Source: Octopus sinensis (taxonomy: Eukaryota). Taken from it: 12,949 bases of DNA. The stretch covers positions 1 through 12,949 of the forward strand of contig NW_021826366.1 of NCBI RefSeq assembly GCF_006345805.1, given 5' to 3'. The stretch's first letter is position 1; every line of letters begins with the position of its first letter. The position numbers were made by a program, and so were the translations under genes. The notes under the pieces are model-generated. The model was not told the origin of the DNA. It was given only the letters and a program-made list of their open reading frames with translations, and made no database searches. Positions 1 through 7,553 of this stretch are shown here, piece after piece.

Positions 1-194
1 TATTTTTGGAAGTTGTCTCCAAATTTCAGTCTAGTGTGCTCGTATATTTGCACTTCCAGGTATGCCATGAGAAGGCTGTCAAAAGTGGGGGCTACCCTCG
101 TTCCCATCGCCGTGTCCGATTTTTGTCTATAAGTGTTCTCGTTGAAGTTGAAGAAGTTGTTCTGTATGATGAATTTTATTCCTTCAACGATGAT
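1..194 (-). pseudogene. Penelope-like retroelement reverse transcriptase fragment, running off the window edge
   Basis: Manual minus-strand translation (codons 194 to 3): IIVEGIKFIIQNNFFNFNENTYRQKSDTAMGTRVAPTFDSLLMAYLEVQIYEHTRLKFGDNFQK. This matches the PLE RT motif NNYF.FN...Y.Q..GTAMG...AP.YANL.M..LE. The G>D and AN>DS changes suggest decay. It is not in the ORF track because it lacks a start codon. Confidence 0.85.
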
Positions 195-197
195 TGC

Positions 198-350
198 TTG
201 GTGTGTTTATGTCCCCGTCACATAGCGGCTCGGCAAAAGAGACCGATAGAATAAGTACTAGGCTTACAAAGAATAAGTCCCTGGATCTATTTGCTCGAAT
301 AAAGGTGGTGCTCCAGCATGGCCGCAGTAAGTAAAAGAGTAAAAGAATAA
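198..350 (+). mobile_element. SINE family A, 3' half only
   Basis: Reverse complement of 541-712 (ggtgtgtttatgtcccc...cggcaaaagagaccgatagaataagtact...ccagcatggccgcagt...aagtaaaagagtaaaaga). It lacks the caaatgactgaaac segment and abuts the PLE RT fragment. Confidence 0.85.
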
Positions 351-462
351 AGAGAGTATCAGTGGTCGATAATCGATGAAGAATTAGGGACTTGCTGATT
401 GTCTTCCGTTCGTTTTTACATTCAGAATACATTTACGTCGTTTCTTTATACATTTTTTCATT

Positions 463-540
463 TATATATACATACATACATACATACATACATACATACA
501 TACATACATACATACATGCATACATACATATATATATATA
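463..540. repeat. (TACA)n/(TA)n microsatellite
   Basis: Read directly from the sequence. Confidence 0.95.
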
Positions 541-951
541 CTCTTTTACTCTTTTACTTGTTTCAGTCATTTGACTGCGGCCATGCTGGAGCACCGCCTT
601 TAGTCGAGCAAATCGACCCCGGGACTTATTCTTTTGTAAGCCCAGTACTTATTCTATCGGTTCTCTTTTGCCGAACCGCTAAGTGACGGGGACGTAAAAC
701 ACCAGCATCGGTTGTCAAGCAATGCTAGGGGGACAAACACAGACAAACAAACACATACACACACACATATATATATATATATACATATATACGACAGGCT
801 TCTTTCAGTTTCCGTCTACCAAATCCACTCACAAGGCATTGGTCGACCCGGGTTTATAGCAGTAGACATTTGCCCAAGATCCACGCAGTGGGACTGAACC
901 CAGAACCATGTAGTTGGTTAGCAAGCTTTACCACACAGCCACTCCTGCGCC
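541..951 (-). mobile_element. SINE family A, full length, tRNA-derived, with internal (TA)/(TG) microsatellite
   Basis: The minus strand starts aggcgcaggagTGGCTGTGTGG (A-box-like)...GGTTCAGTCCC (B-box-like), then body, internal microsatellite at about 751-791, and tail (gtaaaaga)n. Homologous copies lie at 198, 4328, 5690 and 12641. Confidence 0.9.
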
Positions 952-1008
952 TATATATATATATATATATATATACTATATATATATATTTATATATATA
1001 TTATACAT

Positions 1009-1051
<43 letters not shown>

Positions 1052-1061
1052 ATATATATAT
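952..1061. repeat. (TA)n microsatellite
   Basis: Read directly from the sequence. Confidence 0.95.
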
Positions 1062-1350
1062 AAATACAAACTGGGACAAGAAGCAAAACATTTAGAAGAC
1101 GATACAAAAAACACGGACGGGACATTCGAAGCCTTCAATCTTCAGTCAAGAACCGGATCATACTCGCAATTTCGGCTGATTAATCTTGATATTGCTCCGA
1201 CCTAGCCAGCCCCAAAGGAAAATCTAAGCCAAGTGCATTAGATTCCTTGGAAGAAAGCCTCGAATGTATACAAAACAAGGACGGGAAAACGGACGATGTT
1301 ACACGAATAAGAATACAAAAATACGTAAAAAACAATAATGATAACACGAA
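1062..1350 (-). mobile_element. Unclassified small non-coding element X between (TA)n arrays; structured, carries hammerhead core motifs
   Basis: Flanked by (TA)n on both sides. Internal inverted repeats 1123-1136/1253-1266 and 1221-1227/1238-1244. Direct repeat 1108-1122/1272-1286 (14/15). Its status as a mobile element is inferred. Confidence 0.5.
1130..1195 (-). ncRNA. Candidate hammerhead ribozyme with permuted strand order
   Basis: Minus strand: GCAAU-A-UCAAGA uuaauc AGCC-GAA-AUUGC (14 nt) UCUUGA-CUGAAGA-uugaa-GGCU. Stem III is 5 bp, stem I 6 bp, stem II 4 bp. The putative cleavage triplet is AUA, cutting after 1190. Confidence 0.55.
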
Positions 1351-1359
1351 TAATAAGAA

Positions 1360-1391
<32 letters not shown>
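1351..1391. repeat. (TA)n microsatellite
   Basis: Read directly from the sequence. Confidence 0.95.
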
Positions 1392-1396
<5 letters not shown>

Positions 1397-1550
1397 ACGG
1401 GAAGCTTTATGAAAATAAACAAAGACGAAGGCAGGTGGAAAACAAACGAACAATTGTATTAGTATGGCGCTCAGGAAATATAAATAAAACAGGTCTTTAA
1501 ACGTTTCGAGCCTACGCTCTTCAACAGAAAGATCACAGAGAGAGAAAAAC
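1392..1550 (-). mobile_element. Unclassified small element Z between (TA)n arrays, probably PLE-derived
   Basis: Flanked by TA/TATG repeats and contains a minimal hammerhead-like motif of the kind associated with PLEs. Confidence 0.45.
1494..1532 (-). ncRNA. Minimal type I hammerhead-like motif with variant core CUGUUGA
   Basis: Minus strand: UCUUU-CUGUUGA-A-GAGC-guag-GCUC-GAA-ACGU-U-u-AAAGA. Stem I is 5 bp, stem II 4 bp, and stem III is the palindrome ACGU. Confidence 0.6.
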
Positions 1551-1555
1551 ACATA

Positions 1556-1591
<36 letters not shown>

Positions 1592-1665
1592 TATTTGATA
1601 AATGGTGATGGTGTAGATTTATGTCGTGAGAATACAACATACATATTTTTTTATGCTGTTACTAT

Positions 1666-1815
1666 GATTATTATCATTATTATTATTACATTGTTGTAAG
1701 TGTTGTTATTGTTAATAATCGTGGTCGTGGTGACGGTGGTGGTGGTCGTGGTTATGACGGGGATGTCGGTGGGGGCGGCGGTAGCGGCTGTGGCGGCGGA
1801 CGCGGCGGCGGCAAT
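1666..1815. repeat. Graded trinucleotide repeat TAT > TGT > GGT > GGC
   Basis: In-phase triplets whose composition shifts along the tract. Confidence 0.85.
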
Positions 1816-2034
1816 GCAGGGTGGTGTTGTCTCTGTCAGGAGCTTATTGCGTTATCTCTCTTTACACACGTTTCAAATTCTTTCAAATTTTACGAGCGAC
1901 AATGACGATAAAAGATATAGATTTGCAATAAGTTTCTGCCTTTCTCTCCTCTCTCTCTCTCTCTGTCCCTCTCCCTCCCTTCCCCTCCTTGCCGCTTTCT
2001 CTTTCTTTTTCACTATCTGATCACATGAATGTTA

Positions 2035-2215
2035 AATATGTGTGTGTATGTGAACGTGTACGTTATGTATATATGTGTGTACATATAAATGCATATATAT
2101 ATATAGATATGTATTTTTTTATATACATATTCATATACTTTTTTATATATGTATAAATACATACATACATATATATATATATGTTTGTATATATATACAA
2201 ACACGTGCTCGCAGA

Positions 2216-2259
<44 letters not shown>

Positions 2260-2356
2260 TGTATATACTTATGTATGTATGTATGCACTCTTATATTTAC
2301 GTATGTATACATGTGTGTGTGTGTGTGTTTGTGTGTGTGTGTATTTATACATATGT
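2035..2356. repeat. Compound TA/TG/TATG microsatellite field
   Basis: Read directly from the sequence. Confidence 0.9.
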
Positions 2357-2469
2357 ACTTAACAAAATTATCGATATCTGTTGACAAACATAAATTTACT
2401 TGAACACAAAATAATATTGAGCTCATTGATCTACTTCGTGGTTTGTTTTATACAAACAGCCATTTCCCA

Positions 2470-2470
<1 letters not shown>

Positions 2471-2515
<45 letters not shown>

Positions 2516-2552
2516 ACACACAACACACACACACACACACACATACACACAC
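2471..2552. repeat. (CA)n microsatellite
   Basis: Read directly from the sequence. Confidence 0.95.
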
Positions 2553-2706
2553 GCAATATTTGATGTCAGAAAGACCAACAACAAAACTAAATACGAACAA
2601 AAAAAAAACAATGATAATAATCAATAGTGTGATTTGGCGGGGATAAATTGTCTGTCTGTAAAATTACTTCCAGTTGGTTCGCAACCCTTCTCTCTCCCTC
2701 ACACTC

Positions 2707-2710
2707 TATT

Positions 2711-2759
<49 letters not shown>

Positions 2760-2767
2760 TATATATT
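2707..2767. repeat. (TA)n microsatellite
   Basis: Read directly from the sequence. Confidence 0.95.
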
Positions 2768-3747
2768 TAGTATGTTGTACTTTTCTCTTTGAGTTTATAT
2801 GAATTCTTTTTAAGATACACATATGTATTCTACAACGCAGTCTTAAAGATATTAAACTACATTGGGAAAAAAAAAACGATATATTTTAGAATTAGCAAGA
2901 TTATTACAGAATTGAGAGAAATTTATGAATTTCCGTTCTTTAATTTTCTCCTAAGGAAACTTACGAATAAATATTTGTTTTTCTCTCTTAAATTCTAATA
3001 AGATACTTGCTTCGCGTCAAGATATGCCATATATCTGTCTAGCTGGCTGTGTCTGTCTATCATTGGTTTTCCTTCGATCTTTCATCCAATGCACAATTTA
3101 TCTAGACAACTCACAAACATTGTTCAATTCAGTTTCCTCTGTTCAGCCATTTCAGAAAACACTTCAATGACTATCTTCTGACAGACATTTCAAAATTCAT
3201 TTTATTATTGAACAGTGATGAATGCAGAACGTGTAATTTCACAAAGTCAAGCAAGTGACACATCGGTAGCGTTCTGTTTCTGCCTTTTCCTCCATCTCTC
3301 ACCGAAAACACCTCTCTCTCTCTCTCGCTCTTTGCCTCGATCTATCTGTCTGTATGTACATAGGCACACACACACACACACACGTATTTCTCAACTTGGT
3401 CGTTTAAGACGTTATGTGACAACTTTGGAAAATAAAAAAAATTGTTTTTGACGAAGTAAATTATGAATCGCCGTTCTTTACAATCCACTTAAGAAAAGCT
3501 TACGGATAAATATCCGCTTTTCTGTATTTAATTCTCATAAGTTACTATTTTTAACACCAGAAACAATTTCAAGCATGGTCACTTGTATGTTGGTCGCAAT
3601 TGAATTGGAGATCTACAAGAGATAAAGACTTTTGCAGGTCAAAACCAATTTCCTGTACAATGAGGAACTCACAAACATGCGAACCATGAAATTTCATTAA
3701 AAATATTATATACTCTGACATTGATTGTCAGAATTTTTGTTTGCTGC

Positions 3748-3748
<1 letters not shown>

Positions 3749-3813
<65 letters not shown>
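3749..3813. repeat. (TAT)n array; (TAA)n tail/target of the adjacent R4/Dong-type fragment
   Basis: About 21 perfect units abutting the 3' end of the element. Confidence 0.95.
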
Positions 3814-3816
<3 letters not shown>

Positions 3817-4208
3817 TAGTTTAATTTTTGTAGTGTGCTTTCATTTCACTACCGAGCGCAGCTCTGTGTGCCTTGGGGTGTGCTGTGATTTGTTGTGATG
3901 CTCTGATGGTTATTGTATGGAAACTGTTCTGCGTAGGATGTGTGGCAGTGCCTAGTAGTGCAATTTTCTGTATGTTATATGTGTTTGTAAGTCCTGGGTG
4001 TTGTTGTGTATTTGTCTGAATATTTTTTATCATGCCTAATGCACCTACTATGATAGGAATTGTTTCTGTTTTTAGATTCCCACATTTCTGGTTACCTCTA
4101 TTTCCAGGTCTTTGTATTTGGAAGTTTCTCCATTTCTTTTAGAGACACGTTGTCATCTGCCGGTATTGATACATCAATTAGAAAGCATTTTTTTTCTTCA
4201 TGATCTTC
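3814..4208 (-). mobile_element. 5'-truncated, frameshifted RLE-type non-LTR retrotransposon (R4/Dong-like): C-terminal endonuclease region plus 3'UTR
   Basis: Across frameshifts it reads DHEEKKCFLIDVSIPADDNVSLKEMEKL.KYKDLEIEVTRMW.LKTETIPIIVGALGMIKK...PGLTNTYNIQKIALLGTAHILRRT.SIQ*. This is the LIDxxxP...K..KY...IVGALG...GTAHILR signature of restriction-like endonuclease C-termini. (TAA)n lies on both sides. Confidence 0.85.
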
Positions 4209-4327
4209 ATTATTATTATTATTATCATTATTATTATTATTGCCGTTGCTGTTATTGTTATTATTGCTGTTGTTGTTGTTGTTATTGTTGTCATCGTCGT
4301 CATCATCTTTATCATCATCGTCATCAT
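4209..4327. repeat. Graded trinucleotide repeat TAT > TGT > CGT/CAT
   Basis: Read directly from the sequence. Confidence 0.85.
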
Positions 4328-4680
4328 ACTCTTTACTTGTTTCAGTCATTTGACAGTGGCCATGCTGGAGCACTGCCTTTAGTCGAGCAAATCGACCCCA
4401 GGACTTATTCTTTGCAAGCCTAGTACTGATTTTATCGGTCTATTTTGCCGAACCGCTAAGTTACGAGGACGTAAACACACCAGCATCGGTTGTCAAGCGA
4501 TGTTGGGGGGGCTAACACAGACACACAAACATATACACACACATATACGACGGGCTTCTTTCAGTTTCCGTCAACCAAATCCACTCCCAAGGTTTTGCCC
4601 AAGGTGCCACGCAGCGGGACTGAACCCGGAACCATGTGGTCCGTAAGCAAGCTACTTACTACACAGCCACTCCTAGGCCT
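4328..4680 (-). mobile_element. SINE family A, near full length, with an internal deletion of about 30 bp near 4595
   Basis: Collinear with 541-951. The segment between caagg and ttgcccaagg is missing. Confidence 0.9.
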
Positions 4681-5097
4681 ATGTATTATAATTATTTCTC
4701 ATAGTTTACAAAATACGACAAAAATTTGCTTCCTCCAAATTGTGGGTACATCTGTGAAAACATACCTAAGAGGATTTCTGATGAACAAAAATATTTATAT
4801 TTAACATAACTGTACAAAGTTAACAAAAGCCACGTAAGAAAGTCCCAAGCAATGTTTACAGATCCTAGAATTGCTATTTTCTGGAACCTAATCTATCAAA
4901 GACTGCAGAAATGTGCCACTTTAGTGGTGCCAATTTCATATCAGAACAAACACGAATTCCATAACAGTGATATTGTTTTGAGATCGACATCTAAATAGCT
5001 GTAATTCTTCAGATTTTCACCAAGATTCTGCAGCAACTTCAGAGACATTTGATATTGCTTTCTCGTTAATTAGTATGCTCATATTATTGTTAATATT

Positions 5098-5292
5098 GAG
5101 CGGGCAGAATCGTTAGCACACCGGACAAAATGCACACTTTCTGAGTTCAAATCCCGCCCAGGTCGACTTTGCTTTCTTCCTTTCACGATTGATATAAGAA
5201 GCACCAATTGAGCACTGAGGTCGATTTAATCGACTTAGACCTCCTCACAAATTTCAGACATTCTGTGAATAATAGAAATTATTATTATTATT
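5098..5292 (+). mobile_element. SINE family B, diverged subfamily with (ATT)n tail
   Basis: ggcagaatcgttagcac...gagttcaaatcccgcc.aggtcgactttg...gaggtcgatttaatcgact. Its 3' end differs from the copies at 7914 and 9208, and there is an internal deletion after aaaatgc. Confidence 0.8.
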
Positions 5293-5491
5293 AATTTATG
5301 TTTGACTTTTGCTATGCATTTGTACAAGTTGGCTCCAAGTTTCACCCAGAGACCTCAAGAGACAAGTTAGAAGTACATGTTGGTGTTATGCCTAGGTAGA
5401 CATATATTTGGTTTTGTAAATAGTATTGTTCTAGAGGATGTTTAAGGAACCATAAGAAAATTATGACTTTGTTTTAAAATTTGAGATTACA

Positions 5492-5492
<1 letters not shown>
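5293..5492 (-). mobile_element. Putative 3'UTR fragment of another TAA-targeting R4/Dong-like element
   Basis: A 200-bp segment bounded on both sides by (TAA)n in the same orientation as 3814-4208. The minus strand begins ATGTAA (possible ORF end) and ends ...gtcaaacataaat(taa)n. No protein motif is visible, so the family call is inferred. Confidence 0.45.
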
Positions 5493-5544
<52 letters not shown>

Positions 5545-5554
5545 ATTATTATTA

Positions 5555-5594
<40 letters not shown>
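5493..5594. repeat. (TAT)n array
   Basis: Read directly from the sequence. Confidence 0.95.
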
Positions 5595-5728
5595 GAGGTG
5601 GCGAGATGGCAGAATCGTTAGCACGTCTGACAAAATGCTTAGCGATATTTTGCCCGTCTTTACGTTCTGAGTTCAAATTTCGCCAGGGTTGGATTTGGTA
5701 GACGGTTTCTGAAAGAAGCCCGTCGTAT

Positions 5729-5759
<31 letters not shown>

Positions 5760-5842
5760 CATGTAAATGTTTGTATGTCTGTGTTTGCACCCCCCACCAT
5801 CACTTGACAGCCGATGTTGGTGTGTTTATGTCCCCATAATTT
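5595..5842 (+). mobile_element. Chimeric SINE: family B head (5595-5689) fused to family A body (5690-5842)
   Basis: gcgagatggcagaatcgttagcacg...gagttcaaatttcgccaggg runs directly into tggatttggtagacgg...gaaagaagcccgtcg(ta)n...ttggtgtgtttatgtcccc. Confidence 0.85.
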
Positions 5843-6106
5843 GAAATTTTCTTGTAGTGCGGCCTACCTGATGATGAGTCATATCTCATGCAGCGCACTT
5901 GGTTACCCAAACCTGGTATAAACATTACACACTCCAGACAATAGAGTTTATATTTATATATACTTTACGTGGAACATAACATATAAGACGGACATTATAC
6001 ACCTCCATCTCGGCAATTCACAATTTATATGCACAACATAATGTTATAAACAAACATTATAGACTTTAGACAATGTTAAAAGCTCTATATACACTGCGGT
6101 TATATA

Positions 6107-6366
6107 AATTAATAAATGCGCCCTGTTAAAGCCTAGCCAGGCTCATGGGCCCGGTTTCCCGGTTTCAATGGCGTATGTGTTCCCCAGCTGGACGGGACGC
6201 CAGTCCATTGCAGCGTTACTCATTTTTGCCAGCTGAGTGGACTGGAGCAACGTGAAATGAAGTGTTTTGCTCAAAAACACAACGCGTCGCCCAGTCCAGG
6301 AATCGAAACCACAATCTTACGATCGTGGTGCTAACACTCTAACCACCAATCCACGCGCCTCCACTG
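6107..6366 (-). mobile_element. SINE family C, full length, tRNA-derived with CORE-like central domain, 17-bp target-site duplication
   Basis: Minus strand: gtggaggcgcgtggattggtggttagag...GGTTTCGATTCC...tgtgtttttgagcaaaacacttc...aaaaatgagta...atggactggcgtcccgtccag, with an AT-rich tail. TSD tacactgc(g/a)gttatata at 6090-6106 and 6367-6383. Confidence 0.85.
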
Positions 6367-6712
6367 TACACTGCAGTTATATACAACAAAATATTATACG
6401 CATATTATCGTTGTCACCATTACTCCATCTTGGAAGACAAAATGTATCCTGCTAAGAGATTTCTATTTATAAACATTAATAGCAATTCAAAGATGGCTAC
6501 GTTTACTCGTAGCCGTCTTTGAAGGCAATTCCCTGTTGGCTGTCTTTCTATTGTTACAGCTATGCCAGATGTAATGGATGTTTGATAGAAAGCTATTACA
6601 GGAGAAGAGATTGGGTCGGTTTCTCTTAAAACAATGAAACACTTTGTGTAAACTAACATCATTCAATTATTGCTAACCCGAAAAGAGGAGGGTAAAGGGA
6701 GAGATAAATACG

Positions 6713-6713
6713 G

Positions 6714-6755
<42 letters not shown>

Positions 6756-7006
6756 GATTACGTGTGCGTATATGTATACATACATACGTATGTATATATG
6801 CTTATGTATATGTGCATACGTATGTATGTGTGTATATGGCTTATTCTATTGAAACCAACACCAACTTCTGACTTAGTTTCTTTATGCACAAGCATCACGA
6901 AATTCGCCAGGTTGCCATGTTGGAAAGTATACACGCACACACGAACACACACACACACACACCACACACACAGACACACACACACACACACACACACACA
7001 CTTAGG

Positions 7007-7071
<65 letters not shown>

Positions 7072-7110
7072 CTTGTACATATATATATGTGTATATATCT
7101 TTATATATAT

Positions 7111-7145
<35 letters not shown>

Positions 7146-7146
7146 C
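6713..7146. repeat. Compound microsatellite field: (TA)n, (TATG)n, (CA)n 6930-7000, (GATA)n 7007-7071, with a unique spacer at about 6840-6925
   Basis: Read directly from the sequence. Confidence 0.9.
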
Positions 7147-7164
7147 ATGTAAATAATGAGGGAG

Positions 7165-7400
7165 ATAAATTGAATATTAATTTAATTAATATCAATTTAA
7201 AACCAGTAGCCTAGCATTTGTTAATAGGCGAAACCTAGGTCTGCGCTTAATTCTTGTTTTTTATATGATTTTCATCTGTCTTGCCTGCATATTGTTCTGG
7301 TGTCCGCTGAATTTTTCTCTTGAGAACATTCTTTTCTTTGTAGTTTGATCGCAGGTGATCTACTTCTAGCATATAGCTAACCACATAGTGTTTTTTTAGC
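7165..7400. mobile_element. Unclassified small element W between (TA)n arrays, with a partial hammerhead motif
   Basis: Flanked by (TA)n and contains GCCTA..TAGGC-GAA-ACCTAGGT-C (7209-7241, plus strand). The CUGANGA strand is absent. Confidence 0.35.
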
Positions 7401-7404
7401 TCTT

Positions 7405-7502
7405 TATATATATATATATATATATATATACAAACATACACACTCACACACACACATTCACTCACACACGTGTAAAGGGATGATGAGAAACAGAGGGACA
7501 GG

Positions 7503-7546
<44 letters not shown>

Positions 7547-7553
7547 CTTGTAC

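Noticed and set aside
361-378. tggtcgataatcga resembling the SINE B hairpin module
   Set aside because: It is too short and has no flanking homology.
399-897. Recurrent peptides such as HAGAPPLVEQIDP and TTQPLL in several ORFs
   Set aside because: They are translations of non-coding SINE A copies.
1700-2020. 106-aa Val/Ala-rich ORF
   Set aside because: It is a by-product of the triplet gradient and a CT tract, with a non-ATG start and no domain signature.
3492-3733. Short hairpins (agaaaagc..gcttttct; tctgaca..tgtcaga)
   Set aside because: Stems of 5-8 bp are expected by chance in AT-rich DNA.
4778-4784. Isolated CTGATGA
   Set aside because: It has no flanking stems or GAAA and is expected by chance.
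5843-5890. GAAA, 21 nt, then CTGATGA followed by a small hairpin
   Set aside because: There is no stem II arm before GAAA, no GAAA after the hairpin, and no substrate strand.
6290-6366. tRNA-like heads of SINEs A, B and C as real tRNA genes
   Set aside because: A/B-box-like motifs are present, but I could not build an acceptor stem or full cloverleaf, and each head runs into a SINE body.
6420-6662. 80-aa minus-strand ORF, and likewise the 159-aa ORF at 10780-11259
   Set aside because: Neither has a recognisable domain or splice context, and the second is held open by (CTAT)n.
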